From: Octopus vulgaris
Taxonomy: Eukaryota
Assembly (NCBI GenBank): GCA_951406725.2
Contig: OX597834.1
Span: 38,936,001 to 39,000,000 of the forward strand
Direction: 5' to 3'
DNA: 64,000 nucleotides
The position numbers and the translations under genes were made by a program. Position 1 is the first letter of the stretch, and the number at the start of each line of letters is the position of its first letter. Of the stretch, positions 1 through 12,454 are shown piece by piece. The notes below the pieces were generated by a model. It saw nothing but the letters and a program-made list of their open reading frames with translations, searched no databases and was not told the DNA's origin.

Positions 1-350
1 GTGTACGGGGTCATCAGGAGAGAATGCATGCCGTTTCGGGGCCTACCTCTCGACGGCATCAATGCGCACCGGCCCCCTCACTGATATGAGGCCCCGCTTG
101 CTAGATCAGCTGGTTATGAAGAACTCAATATACTTCTAGCCATCGCTCATCGTCTCTTTTTAACCAATCCAGTGGCTAGCCTTCTCCACTGTAGATTGGA
201 TATCAGTCATGGTGGTATTGACTTTACGATGATTTAGGCCTAGCGATAACAATAGTCGTCTCAACACTGTGTCCAACAAACCCTCTACATCCAACTTCGA
301 TAGGAAAATGTTCCGCTTTCCAGCCTGCATCTTCACATTCCTCGAGGAGG
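1..350 (-). mobile_element. HERO/R2-group (restriction-like endonuclease) LINE, 3' end fragment, frameshifted
   Basis: Minus strand reads LLEECEDAGWKAEHFPIEVGCRGFVGHSV, then after a frameshift RRLLLSLGLNHRKVNTTMTDIQSTVEKASHWI; PIEVGCRGF is typical of HERO-like C-termini. Confidence 0.75.
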
Positions 351-654
351 TTTTCATAACGGTTTTACCCATGGACCCCTTTGATTGCTATTTTATTCTG
401 GTGGACCCTCATAGCCATTCTATGTCTAAAAATCAGTCTTATAGCAATTTCTTTTAAAAATTCCTATTTTGTTTTGAACACATTCTCTTGTGTGTGTGTA
501 TGTATATATATATATATATCACACACACAGGCACAATGATGGTTGTGTACTTAAGAAGTTCATTTTCCAACCACCTGGTTTCAGTTCCAATCCCATTGTT
601 TGGCAATGGACAAGTGTCCTTTACTATAACCTAGGATAGAATAAAGCTCCTTTA

Positions 655-860
655 TTCTAGTAGTGAAGGCCAATCTCAAAACGCCGAGCCTTACAAAGGA
701 AATGACAGAGGACCGGGATATGTGGCGCATCGCTGTATTCAAGAAGGCCTGCCCACTACAACAGAATTGAGATCTTGAAACCAAGGTGCCATGTGAAAAG
801 TACTGGAGTGGTGGTGCCACATGAAAAAAAATGATGCTAGTCCCACATTAAAAGCACTAA
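655..860 (+). mobile_element. RTE-clade LINE 3' fragment
   Basis: Encodes VVKANLKTPSLTKEMTEDRDMWRIAV; homologous to 6900-7180. Confidence 0.65.
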
Positions 861-871
861 TTAATACTTAC

Positions 872-930
872 TGAAAATAAGGAATTTAGTCCCCAAATAA
901 CATCCTTCAGGCGTCTGGTAGGGGCCCAAC
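872..930 (-). CDS. UBE2F: UBE2F coding exon 4 (G-WAPTRRLKDVIWGLNSLFS)
   Basis: Acceptor ctcttccatag, donor gtaagt; 59 nt; completes the split Gly codon in frame. Confidence 0.95.
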
Positions 931-1077
931 CTATGGAAGAGAAGAGTTATTATGAAAGAACCAATGGAAATGTCTTCAGCAATCATAAGTCAGATTTAAA
1001 ACAGAAGTGTTGTGATACGCATATGTGTGTGTGTGTGTGTGTGTTGAGAGAGAGAGAGAGAGGGAGGAATTACTCAC

Positions 1078-1180
1078 CCATCATATCATATGAATTTTGA
1101 CGCAATAAACTCAAGCACACCTCCCCATCTTCATCAATGTTTGGGTGCCATATACGAGTTTCACAGCGCACTTTGGGAGG
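1078..1180 (-). CDS. UBE2F: UBE2F coding exon 3 ([34 protein letters not shown]), contains catalytic Cys
   Basis: Acceptor ttttctcttcag, donor gtgagt; 103 nt; HPN motif and active-site Cys codon at 1117-1115. Confidence 0.96.
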
Positions 1181-1488
1181 CTGAAGAGAAAAAGAGGATA
1201 AGGTAACATGGTGGTGGTGGTGGTGGGGGGGGGGTTAAGGGGCAACAGCAGCTGAGAGATTAAGGGGAGATAATAGCTGTGAGGATAAGGAAGGTGCCTT
1301 TGACATTTTCTCCCATTCAAGGTTTGTTGTTTTTTAACCTAATATTCTATAAGCAATTGTTTATACCACTTTCTGTTTAGAATTCCACAGTTAAAAATAA
1401 TTTACTTCATATTTCTTGAAGTTTCTAAATTCTTATATTGTAAATCCTCATCATTATTATTTAACGTTCGATTTCTTTGCTGACACGA

Positions 1489-1760
1489 GTTGGACAGTTT
1501 GGCAGGAACTGCACTAGACTCTATTGTCCATTTTGGTACAGTTTCAATGGCTGGATGCCCTTCCTTATACCATCCATGGATTGGACAGTTTGGCAGGAAC
1601 TCCACTAGGCTCCATTGTCCGTTTTGGTACGGTTTCAATGGCTGGATGCCCTTCCTAATACCATCCACGGGTTGGACAGTTGGCAGGAACTGCACTAGGC
1701 TCTGTTGTCCATTTTGGTACAGTTTCAATGGCTGGATGCCGTTCCTAATCCCATCCACTT
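1489..1760. repeat. Tandem triplication (91-bp period) of RTE-tail sequence
   Basis: ttggacagtt(t)ggcaggaact...ggctggatgcc units start at 1490, 1581 and 1672. Confidence 0.85.
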
Positions 1761-1984
1761 TACAGAGAGTACTGGGTGCCTTTTGTGTGTTCCAGCACCA
1801 GTGCTTGTTACATGGCAACAGCACATATAAATATATGTACACACACTCACAAACACACATTGTACAAAAAAACACAAGCCCTGCACCATGCATAAACACA
1901 GGTGCTAAACAGACCACACCTACAGACTTCCACCCAATACCAAAACAGAAAGCCTCCGTTCATATGCACAAGGTACATTTATTT

Positions 1985-2692
1985 ATGGACACCTTTGATT
2001 GCTATTTTATTCTGATGGACCCTCATAGCTATTCTATGTTTAAAAATCAGTCTTATAGAAATTTCTTTTCAAAATTCCTATTTTGTTTTCAACACATTCC
2101 CTTGCATAGGTTGAACAATGTAAAACATGGTTCTCAATCATTTATCTATGGACCCCTTTGATTACTATTTTATTCTGACGGGCCCCCATAGCCATTCGAC
2201 ATTTAAAAACTAGTTTTATAGAAACTCCTTTTGAAGTTCCTCTTTTGTTTTTCATACATTAACTTCTGTAGGTTGAACTAAGTAAAATGTTTAAGAAAGA
2301 AACCCGTTTCTTGCAATACATACATCTAATGCAAAATTCTTTCAGGGGCCCTTAAAATACTATAGTGGATCCCCAATTTAATATTTTGTTACATGTGCCC
2401 CACAAAATCTTGTATGGGCTCTCAGGAGCCATACGGACTCCAGTTGAGAACCACTGGGCTAGACAATACTGCATCATAGGACAGCTAGATCAGGGTATGT
2501 CAAGCTACTCGGCTGACAGCCTGTGTACCATATGATGGCTGGATCAGGGCTAACCTGGGGGTTAGATCAGGGTTTCTCTACCATTTTTTACCCATGGACA
2601 CCTTTGATTGCTATTTTATTCTGGTGGACCCTCATAGCTATTCTATGTTTGTGCCCCACAAAATCTGTATGGACCCCAGTTGAGAACCACTG
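1985..2692. mobile_element. Cluster of hAT (Charlie-like) MITE copies/fragments
   Basis: TIR-like ca(g)tggttctcaa...ttgagaaccactg (2126-2456, 2568-2692) followed by GGCTAGAC/GGCCAGAC; related internal sequence also at 360-490. Confidence 0.55.
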
Positions 2693-3663
2693 GGCCAGAC
2701 AATACTGCATCATAGGACAGCTAGATCAGGGCTGTTCTAGGAATACATAATAACTGCATGTCATAAGAAGGACGGATCAGGGTTGTCCAAGGGTTATACA
2801 ACCCACCTACCACCTACACCCTCCTATGGTATATGCCATTCCACCTTACATTTCTTTTGCAGCCACTCAAACTGAAGCTGAACATGTGCATCTCTGATCT
2901 GGATGTGTTGAGAGGGATTCTTTGAGGTTTGAATACCATGACAAAAGCAAAGTTTGAAGCCTGACACCAGGACACAGGACCCACTGATGAAACCAATAAG
3001 AAAACACAAGTTCAATTACACTGGGTAACATGGTTTTTGCCCTTGGGTAGTAACTGTTTTTATTCTATTTGCTTTTCCCTAGAAAGTATAAAAAATGGCT
3101 CGTATTTCTTTCAAACTTTGCCTTTGTCATGACATTTATTCAAACCTCAAAGAATCCCTCTCAACACATGGCTATGATGCTCCCCAACTACTCCGGCTTG
3201 TGATCAGAGATGCACACACTGTCAGCCAATAAAGGACATGCTCAATTGGTCAAGATCAAGCAACTGACAAGCAAATCTGTGGTATTGAACAGAATATTTG
3301 CTGTAACGATATTTCTGCTTCAACAAGTCAGTGCTGAATGTAATGGAAAACATGTCAGTTTCAAAACAGAGTTTGAAGGGAAGAATAGGGATTTTCTTTG
3401 ATTTCTACATAGAAGCAAATAGGAAATAACACTTATTGACCAAAGAAAAAAAATTAATTAAATTTTGTTACACAATTTGGCACCTTACTTACTGCTAACG
3501 AAGTAAAATGGTGGTAAAAGAATTAGTGAGAAAGAAAGAGAAGTTGAAAAATAAAAGAGGGGAGAGGTAGATATAGAGAAACAGTGGTGGGCAGGAGTAT
3601 GGAAAGTGAAAGTAGAGAGGGAGAGAAACAGGGGTGGACAGAGGTAGTCATGTAAAAACTCAC

Positions 3664-3827
3664 AACTATGTTGTATTCATCTGGGACTTCAATATGGAAA
3701 TGGAAAGTACCGCCATGCCAATAACCTTCATCTGGATGTATGGACAGATCAAACATGTGGAGGACATTAGAATCTTCAAATGTAATATTGCAGGTTTTGG
3801 GCAGGTTTTCTTCCATCTCTGGGACTT
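3664..3827 (-). CDS. UBE2F: UBE2F coding exon 2 (EVPEMEENLPKTC...PDEGYWHGGTFHFHIEVPDEYNIV)
   Basis: Acceptor ttttattacag, donor gtgagt; 164 nt; UBC-fold motif PDEGYW.GG.F.F. Confidence 0.95.
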
Positions 3828-3863
3828 CTGTAATAAAAACAAAGCACATGTAATATGCATCAT

Positions 3864-4090
3864 TGTCATCATCATCATCATCATCATCATTTAACGTCCA
3901 TTGTCCATGCTGGCATGGGTTGGAGGGTGTGACCAGAGCTGGCAAGCTGGGCAGGGCTGCACCAGACTCTAGTCTGATTTGGCATAGTTTCTACGGTTGG
4001 ATGCCCTTCCTAACGCCAACCACTTTACAGTGTGTGCTGGGTGCTGTTACGTGGCACTGCATGGGTGCTTTCACATGGCACCAAATGCAT
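3864..4090 (-). mobile_element. RTE-tail repeat (family C) copy
   Basis: (CAT)n tttaacgtcc...ccatgctggcatgggttgga...ggatgcccttcctaacgccaaccac, present in >15 copies in the window. Confidence 0.75.
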
Positions 4091-4110
4091 ATGTACATGT
4101 GTGTGTGTGT

Positions 4111-4330
4111 ATATACATATTAGAGGGAAACCACCATGTGGACACCCTTATGCTAGAAATACATCCGCTATGATCTATTTCTAGCATAAGGGTGTCCACA
4201 TAGTGGTTTCTCTCCAATATGTATATAATACAATTTTACTGAACCTCAGTTTTTTTTATATGCTAGACCACTGGTGTGAAATCGATGTTAATTAAATTAA
4301 TATCTAATACCTTACCCTCATTTTAAATTT
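4111..4330. repeat. Palindromic element (~50-bp arms) with AT-rich tail
   Basis: Arms at about 4111-4160 and 4176-4226 are reverse complements; the tail 4245-4330 is homologous to the reverse complement of 56821-56900. Confidence 0.8.
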
Positions 4331-4534
4331 CCCTCTCTCTCTTTCGGAGAGGCACTGAGCAGCTATACGCACACATACACACACGTCAGTAACTTCCACC
4401 TACCGAATTCAATCACAAAGCTTCGGTCGGCTCGGGGCTATAGCGGAAGACACCTACCCAAAGTGCCACACAGTGGGACTGAACCCGAAACCGTGTAGCT
4501 AGGAAGCAAGCTCCCTAACCACACAGCCATGCCC

Positions 4535-4567
<33 letters not shown>

Positions 4568-4890
4568 TTATCTTTTATTTCAGTTATTAGACTACGGCCA
4601 GTCTGGAGCACCGCCTTGAAGAATTTGTAGTTGGACGAATCAACCCCAGTCCTTTTTTTATTTTTATTTTTTAAGCCTGCTATTTATTCTCAACCTTTTT
4701 TGTCAAACTGCTACATTACAGGGACATAAACACACCAACACTGGTTGTCAAGCAGTGGTGAAGAACAAACACAAAGACATGCACACACACACACACATTT
4801 TATCTTTTTCTCCATCCATCATCTTCAACATACATCTTCTACCAACAAACTTTCAAATAAAGGCTCAAAGCTAAGAAGAAAACCTGATAA

Positions 4891-5268
4891 CTCTCTTACT
4901 CTCTTTTACGTGTTTCAGTCATTTGACTGCGGCCATGCTGGAGCACCGCCTTTAGCCGAGCAACTCGACCCCCGGGACTTATTCTTTGTAAGCCCAGTAC
5001 TTATTCTATCGGTCTCTTTTGCCAAACCGTTAAGTGACGGGGACATAAACACACCAGCATCGATTGTCAAGCATTGCTAGGGGGACAAACACAGACATAT
5101 ACGACAGGCTTCTTTCAGTTTTCCGCCTGCCAAATCCACTCACAAGGCTTTGGTCGGCCCGAAGCTATAGTAGAAGACACTTGCCCAAGGTGCCACGCAG
5201 TGGGACTGAACCCGGAACCATGTGGTTGGTAAGCAAGCTACTTACCACACAGCCACTCCTGCGCCTAT
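4891..5268 (-). mobile_element. tRNA-derived SINE (family A), full-length
   Basis: Minus strand: gcaggagtggctgtgtggtaagtagcttgc...ggttccgggttcagtccc (A/B-box-like head), ggcaccttgggcaagtgtc core, tail gactgaaac..gtaaaagag. Confidence 0.85.
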
Positions 5269-5310
5269 AAACAAAAAACAAAAAACAAAAAAGAAAACAA
5301 ACCCACTGAC

Positions 5311-5413
5311 CTTTCACCAATAATTTGTCCCGAATTGAAATTCTTTTATGTATCATAATCTCTTGTTTGGAACCATCCTGCTGTTGACGAAGTTTCTTTG
5401 ATAAGGTAATCAT
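5311..5413 (-). CDS. UBE2F: UBE2F first coding exon (MITLSKKLRQQQDGSKQEIMIHKRISIRDKLLVK+G)
   Basis: ATG at 5413-5411, 4 nt after the acceptor tttactttcag (exon starts 5417); donor gtcagt at 5310; 103 nt, phase 1. Confidence 0.93.
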
Positions 5414-5819
5414 CTTCCTGAAAGTAAACATGGTATAGTATCATCATCATCACCATCACTACCACTGTAGAATCTTCTATGTAGTCACTCTAACTCGCTA
5501 AAAATAGCAGCCATGGCCCTCACATCTTTTTCCAGGCATAATATTTCAGAATAATGTGTCTGGATTTTTTTTTTTTCGTTTTCTACACTTTTACTGCACA
5601 AAACAGTTATATCTGCAGAAAACAATTTTATATTACCAACCAACCTCATGTTGAGGAATGCTATGTTTGAAATCACTTTTTCTTTGAGATATTGCAGAAA
5701 ATACCGATTCTGTTTCTTATTAGATATTTAACTCCCCAACATTCAGGTTTCTCTGTCAAATGCAATATTTATTTATTCACATTGTTTTAAATTAATCATG
5801 CATTAACATATAGCATCAA

Positions 5820-6220
5820 TCATCATCATCATCGTTTAACGTCCGCTTTCCATGCTAGCATGGGTTGGACGACTTGATTGAGGTCTGGCAAACCAAATGG
5901 CTGCACCAGACTCCAATCTGATCTGGCAGAGTTTCTACAGCTGGACACCCTTCCTAACGCCAACCACTCCGAGAGTGTAGTGCGTGCTTTTACAGTGCCA
6001 CGCTCGAAAATGGTGTTTTTTTACGTGCCACCTGCACAGCAGTCAGTCCAGCAGCACTGGAACGATCTCGCTCGAATGTTTTGTTCAAGTGCCAGTGAGG
6101 CGATGCTGACAACGATCACGCTCAAATGGTGCTCTTTTAATTGCCAGACAGCTGCTCTGGCAGTGATCCTGCTTGGATGGAGCTGTTAGCGCTCCACTGG
6201 CATGGGTGCCAGTCATCGAA
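5820..6220 (-). mobile_element. RTE-tail repeat (family C) copy
   Basis: Same consensus as 3864-4090. Confidence 0.75.
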
Positions 6221-6399
6221 TATCATGGACTTTTGTATATATTTTCAGGTTAAACCAAAATGATATTGTAGCAGACTGAAAATCCATTTTGATGTGGACC
6301 TCATGTTCCAGGCCCGCAGTTTGAGGAAACCAGCTCCAAGATCATGGAACATTTGAACTCTAGAAAAGAGAAAAAAATAATGACCAAACTGAGAGACAG

Positions 6400-7670
6400 C
6401 CAGTTTTGCAATCTCCTAAATGCTCAGCCTATAAACATGCTTTTGTGCTTGGGCTGGCTGATCAAACTGTCAGAAGAATTTTAGACACCAATCTCAAGTT
6501 CCACCATACAAAATGATGGTTGTTCAGGAATTTTGATGGCTGTGAGTACAAAAACTGCAAGGCATGTTGTGAGGATAGGCTTCACAATGGTCCAGCAGAT
6601 GCTGATCTTCACACAGATGATGAAACACTTTCGTATGTCTGGCTGCATCAATAAACAGGATTCTCACTCCAGGACAAAACCACAATCTTACAGAGCGTTA
6701 AGAAACAACTCTACTGAACAAACAAGTTACTATGTGGGAAGCTGTTGCAAATTTTGATGATTGAGGGCCCCCGATTTTGAGGAAAGAGGCCATGCCATTA
6801 CAGTAATATCCTATCAGTATGTGAATGAACTTTAGAACTTACTAGAGCCAAAACTCACGGACCTTAGAAATTCAGATATATGGAGAAAGGTTGTGGATGT
6901 GGGAGACCCAGGAAGACATGGGATGAAATACTGAAGGCCGATCTCAAAATGCTAAGCCTTACGAAAGATGACAGGGGACTGAGATCATCATACTGGCAGG
7001 GGTTGGATGGTTTGACTGATGACTGGCAAGCCAGGAGGCTGCACCAGGCTCCAATCTGATCCGGCAAGGTTTCTACAGCTGGATGCCCTTCCTAACACCA
7101 AAATGTGGTGCATTGTTGTACTCAAGAAGACTTTCCCACCACAACAGAATTGAGATCCTAAAAACAAGGTGTCATGTAAAAAGAATTGGTGTGGGTGCTG
7201 GTGCCATATATAAAAGCACCCAGTACACACCGTAAAGTGGTTGGCATTAGGAAGGGCATCCAGCCATAGAAACTATACCAAAACAGACTACGGAACCTGG
7301 TGCAACACCTGACTTTGGCAGTTCCTGTCGAACCAACCAACCCATGAAATCCTGGAAAACAGACATTAAATGATGATGAGAATGGTGTCAACAGGTTGGA
7401 GCCACCACTCACTCAGCGAGAAAACCAATGGAAATTTGGAGAAGACCTTTTCCAGGACACTTGACATTGGATAGTCTCCATGTTCACCTGATCTCACCAC
7501 CTGTGATTATTTCTGATTTTTTTTTTTCCTGGGGTTACCTGAAAGCTGAGGTCTAAAAACATCAACCATCAACCGTTGACAAATGGAAGACTACTATATG
7601 TCAAAACAAAATTTCAGAAATGTCTTTCAGTGCTGGCTCTGAATTCTATAGAAATCTGCAGTGAAGAATT
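6400..7670 (+). mobile_element. Degenerate Tc1/mariner-superfamily transposase remnant interrupted by an RTE LINE (6863-7380)
   Basis: Degenerate matches to DE.HF..SGCINKQ (~6615-6660), W.QQ.GAT.HSA (~7382), SPDLTTCDYF..WGYLKAEV (~7484-7553); RTE insert encodes GRPRKTWDEILKADLKMLSLTK. Confidence 0.7.
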
Positions 7671-8729
7671 TTAAATAAAATAATAGAATATGAAATCCAT
7701 TTCGAAGTAAACAATATCAAAGTGGCAAACTTCGTGGCTCAAACTGTTACACCGGACACACACACGAGTGCGGCTGATGAGACATTTGCTAACAAAGAAA
7801 TACCGGACCTCATTATAATACAGCACACGGAACCAAACCCGAAGAGAAGAGGCAGTTAATGATACACAACTGTCTGTTATAGAATTGTACACAAGATTAA
7901 GATTAGCAATGAAAGCATTCTTTGCTAATAACAATGTACAAACCAAACAATTACTACGGGAATATTAGGGAGAGCAACATTAGAGGTAACGGCCGAATTT
8001 CAAAACCGGTGATGACACAAAACAACAGCTATAATCCTCATTGTCCACTATAAAAAGAAAAGGTCATACCAAATGACACTAACTTCGGTGAAGCGAGCAA
8101 GAAGGAGCTTCTCGGTGGTCGTTCGATCTGTTAGAAATAGCAGGCAAATATTCTCGTAAAGCCCATACGCAATCGTCTTAGGACGAAATACAAAAGACAC
8201 ATTGGCCACAGTGGTTCTAGGTATACAGAACAAAAGAGAGCAATCTCCTCCACCCCATTCCACCCAACCACAATAAATAACAACAACTACAAAAACAAGC
8301 GACAATGGCAAAAACGCATGATCATAGATGCAACGCTTTTTTTCTTCTTTTTTTCGCCATGGCCTTGCTCGATCAAGGTTGACCGGGAACTAAAATCTAG
8401 AAACCTTGATGGACGAAGCCGTATACTGTCCAAACAAAACGAGCAAGAACGACTATAAATCATTGATGAACAACATATATAATAAACTTGAGTAGTTAAG
8501 GTTTCACTTTCTTTTTTAAAAAAAAATCCCGTCAAACATAGACATATATACATACATACACATATATATATATATGCGCAGGAATTCGGTGTATAAATAA
8601 ACTCTGGAGTTATTTAGTCTACGGAGATCTTTGCCAACTCAACCACTTCTTGAGTTTTTTTGGTTTGACTGCAAATTCTATTCACATTTTTGTAGTATTA
8701 GTAGTAGTAGTAGTAGTGGTAATTTCAAA

Positions 8730-8995
8730 TTTTGGCACAAGGCCAGTAATTTCAACTGGTACTTTATTCTATCGACCCCGGAAAGGATGAAAGGCAAAAA
8801 TCGACCCCGGAGTGCATCTGAACTGAAAACATAAAGACCGGACGAAATCCTGCTAAGCATTTTGTCGTCCGGCGTGCTAACGATTCTGCAAGAGCTCGGT
8901 ACCATAATAATAAATGATCGTTTCGAATTTTCTCAGAAAGCCAGCAATTTTTGGTGGAGGGAATAAGTCGATAACATCGACCCCCGGTGCCCAAT
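8730..8995 (-). mobile_element. SINE family B fragments
   Basis: actggtactttattctatcgaccccggaaaggatgaaaggcaaa...gtgctaacgattctgc, reverse complement of the family B consensus. Confidence 0.7.
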
Positions 8996-9839
8996 AATAA
9001 TATTGTCCATGTTGCAGTTTAATTCTGGGTCCGATCTGACTGAGCAAACCTAAAATTAAATGCTTCAAACATTAAGTTTTTACAAAGTAGATTGTATCCA
9101 GGACTGCATTCTTCCATTCTTCCTACGAGCACACATTTCCTAGAGGACGAAAGCGGAGATTTAGCAGTTATTTCTAGCAGATCTGAGTGTCTCACTGCGT
9201 AACAGCTCTTTTCTTCAGTGCAATTTTATATATATGCATATATATGTATATATAGACACACATAGACATCTCAAAATCAAAGACACCCCTCATCTCCCTC
9301 TGTATATATATATATATATCGTATATACATACATATATTTGTGTATATGAGTGTCTATTTACTTTTGAGGTATCTATGTATACATACAAGTATGTACATA
9401 CATATATATATTGGTGTGAGTGTATATATGTCTACTTAAGAAATGTATGTGTGAATATATATATCTATATATATATATAAATATATACACACACATACAT
9501 CTGTGTAGGTAAAGAGTGGGGAAAAAAATAAAAAGATTGCTGAATATCGAATACATTTAGTAAAATAAGGCAAAAAATTGAAGACGAAGGAAAAGTTTTG
9601 AGGATACTTACTGTGTTTGGGTGAAATATATGGGAATAAAAATATCTAATTAGTGAAATATAAATCTTCCTTTATATCTCTCTCTACCTTACTATATACA
9701 CACACAACAGATACATTTATATATGTGTGTATATATACATTTATATGTATATAAATATATATATATATTAGATTGAAGACACCTCAGATCTTAAGAGAGA
9801 AGAGAGAGAAAGTTGCTATTAAACAAGAAATGACGTTAA

Positions 9840-9900
9840 TTAACAGATGCGACTACGCAAGCGGCCCCCGACTCTTGCTATCCCAGTATTCCATGCGAAC
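9840..9900. promoter_or_regulatory. Candidate promoter element between divergent UBE2F and VPS25 (Staf/ZNF143-like site)
   Basis: Small GC-rich island in AT-rich DNA; ATCCCAGTATTCCATGCG (9880-9897) resembles the Staf/ZNF143 consensus; ACTAC at 9852. Confidence 0.35.
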
Positions 9901-10025
9901 AGATGTGAAACCCCTTATGTCGTTACAAAAGGTTTTTTTTTTTAATATTTTGCTGAAAAGTTTTTAGGAATCGAAATACTTTTCGAATAAAAAAGTTTAT
10001 TAGTTTATTGATATAAGTTATGGAT

Positions 10026-10461
10026 GGATCTTTTCGGTTTGAACGGCAGTTTTTTTTTTTTTTTTAAATAATTTCCACGTAGCTAAACACTTTTAAACTT
10101 CGTATACTGGTAGAATGTGTTTTTATAAAACATCTTTTTCTCTTGGCTTTTATTGAGAAAAATTCTATAGTTTGTAAGATATTTGTTGTTGTTTTATTTC
10201 TTCAATTTCTGCGATTTCAACCAATCAATGACGTCTATTGAGGTAAAAAAAAAAAACATTCTGTGCCGTATGAATATGTCCCTCGTTTAAGAAACAGATT
10301 GGGTTTATTTACATTTCTGAAGAAAAAAAAGATACCCTTACCACCACCCCTAACCCTAAAACAAATTGAAATGCAATAGATCGATACTAGGGTCATAATT
10401 ATGGGTGACAATTTCATATGACACCGCTAGAAAAAAACTGCCGGTCAAACCGAAAAGATCC
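10026..10461. mobile_element. MITE with ~30-bp TIRs (GG termini)
   Basis: GGATCTTTTCGGTTTGAACGGCAGTTTTTT ... AAAAAACTGCCGGTCAAACCGAAAAGATCC; internal ccctaaccctaa. Confidence 0.8.
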
Positions 10462-10669
10462 AAAGTTTGTTGATATAAGTTATTATTTATATATTTATTA
10501 TTTATAAATATTTATTTATATATATTTGTGTGTTGGTGAGAGTGTTATTGTTTATTATAAACATTGGTAATGTCGTTGGACTTTGCGAGTATGAAATTAA
10601 ATACAGAGATGGAGGGTGGAGGATGTAGAGTAACAAAGACGTAAACTACAGCTGTTGATGTAATGTCTT

Positions 10670-11215
10670 ATATACACACAACAGACACACACACACACAC
10701 ACGCATACATAGATACATGCGCAAACACATATACATACATACATTACACATACATGCATACATACACACATACATACATGCACACATACATACATACATA
10801 CTTACATACAAACGTATATACATACATACATACGTACATACATACATACATACATACGTACGTACATACATACATACATACATACATACATACATACATA
10901 CACACATACATACATACATACATGCATACATACATACACACACACATACATACATACATGCATACATACATACATACATACATACATACGTACATACATA
11001 CATACATACATACATACATACATGCATACATACATACATACATACATACATACATACATACATACATACATACATACATACATACATACATACATACATA
11101 CATACATGCATACATACATACATACATACAAACATACATACATGCATACATAATACACATACATACATATATACATACATACATGCATAAATACATTCAT
11201 ACATACATGCATGCA
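10670..11215. repeat. (TACA)n compound microsatellite
   Basis: About 550 bp of CATA/CA repeats; source of the spurious HTYI/VCMY ORFs. Confidence 0.95.
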
Positions 11216-12025
11216 TGAAAGAAATATACAAGGGAGATAAATCCTTGTAATTTGGAATTATTCAAGGGAAGTAATTCCTTTCGTTTAGTTATGGACCAGT
11301 AATAATTTCCTCATATTTGAGCTATTATAAAGTATTTTTCGGTCGATAAGTGACGAAGTATTAGGGTTCTGGCGTCCGTATTAAGTGTACGTTTTGTAGT
11401 ATTAAAAAGTTTGGGAACCACTGTCCTACCACGGGGCTACGCGCCTTCGAAACACTTTTATATATAAATACTCAAAAAAGAGCACGAACTCTTGTTCTAA
11501 TCCTACACAAATACAATTAGAAAACTTTGGCTTCTAATTTAGGCACAGAATTAGCAATTTTAATGGGACTGCATCAATATCAGTACTCAAGTGGTACTTT
11601 ATTTTATCAGCCCCGAAAGGTTGAAAGGCGAAGTCGACCTTGGCGGCATCTGAACTCAGACCGTAAAAAGCCGGAAGAAATACCGTTGAGAATTTCATCC
11701 GACTCTCCAGCAATTCTATTCCAATCACAGTCTCTCATCAAAATCACCTGACAAAGAAACACAACTCAAAAATTTAAATATGTTAATTAATTTTTTTATT
11801 AATTACTTATTAAGAGATGTGTGCTATCTCCAGTACTGTTGATCTCACTAATTTCAGTTGCCAAAAAATATCCCGTTAACCACGAAGGTGGGAATAAAAT
11901 AAATCTTTAGAAGCGACTTTCCATTTTGGTCTGATTTCTCTCGTCGTAGGCGGCCTTCATTCACATCTCTTCTTTCTTCTTAAAGACAATCATTCAACCG
12001 CGTACGCACACACACATTAATATAC

Positions 12026-12064
<39 letters not shown>

Positions 12065-12172
12065 GTTTATTAATATTTAGCAATAGATACATAGAATAGC
12101 TAACGAGAGTGAAATGATATTTCTGAGTGAGTGTTGGCAGTGTACGTAAGCGGCCTCGGCTACAGTAGAACT

Positions 12173-12222
12173 ATGGCGGAGTTCCAGTGGCCGTGGCAAT
12201 ACAACTTTCCCCCTTTCTTTAC
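12173..12222 (+). CDS. VPS25: VPS25 exon 1 (MAEFQWPWQYNFPPFF+AC)
   Basis: ATG at 12173, donor gtaagt at 12223. Confidence 0.96.
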
Positions 12223-12395
12223 GTAAGTCTTGGATAAACCCATTGGATATCTCTGATATTACATGCACACCTGTATTCACATAACTCATAGCTATTACGT
12301 AAGCAATAATGTATTGTTAGACACCTTAAGAATGTCCTGTCTATTTTCGTTTTCTACCCCTTGCTTGTTGACAAGAATGACTGTTTGTGTGAATG

Positions 12396-12454
<59 letters not shown>

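Larger units (their letters stand above)
872..5413 (-). other. UBE2F: UBE2F gene, coding span in window (NEDD8-conjugating enzyme UBE2F); 3' exons lie left of the window
   Basis: Four GT-AG exons join in frame (phases 1,0,1,0): MITLSKKLRQ...RISIRDKLLVK-EVPEMEENLPKTC...[78 protein letters not shown]. This matches the UBE2F pattern (MLTL N-terminus, RDKLLVKE, HPNI..G.VCLSLLR, GWAPTR.LKDV.WGLNSLF). Confidence 0.95.

Noticed and set aside
1490-2161. 223-aa ORF with internal repeats
   Set aside because: Spans a triplicated RTE tail and a MITE inside a UBE2F intron, antisense to the gene
10348-10360. CCCTAA telomere-like repeats
   Set aside because: Only two units, internal to a MITE
10663-11231. 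Long ORFs of HTYI/VCMY repeats (and similar ORFs throughout)
   Set aside because: Translations of (TACA)n, (TA)n and (CA)n microsatellites, open in several frames on both strands
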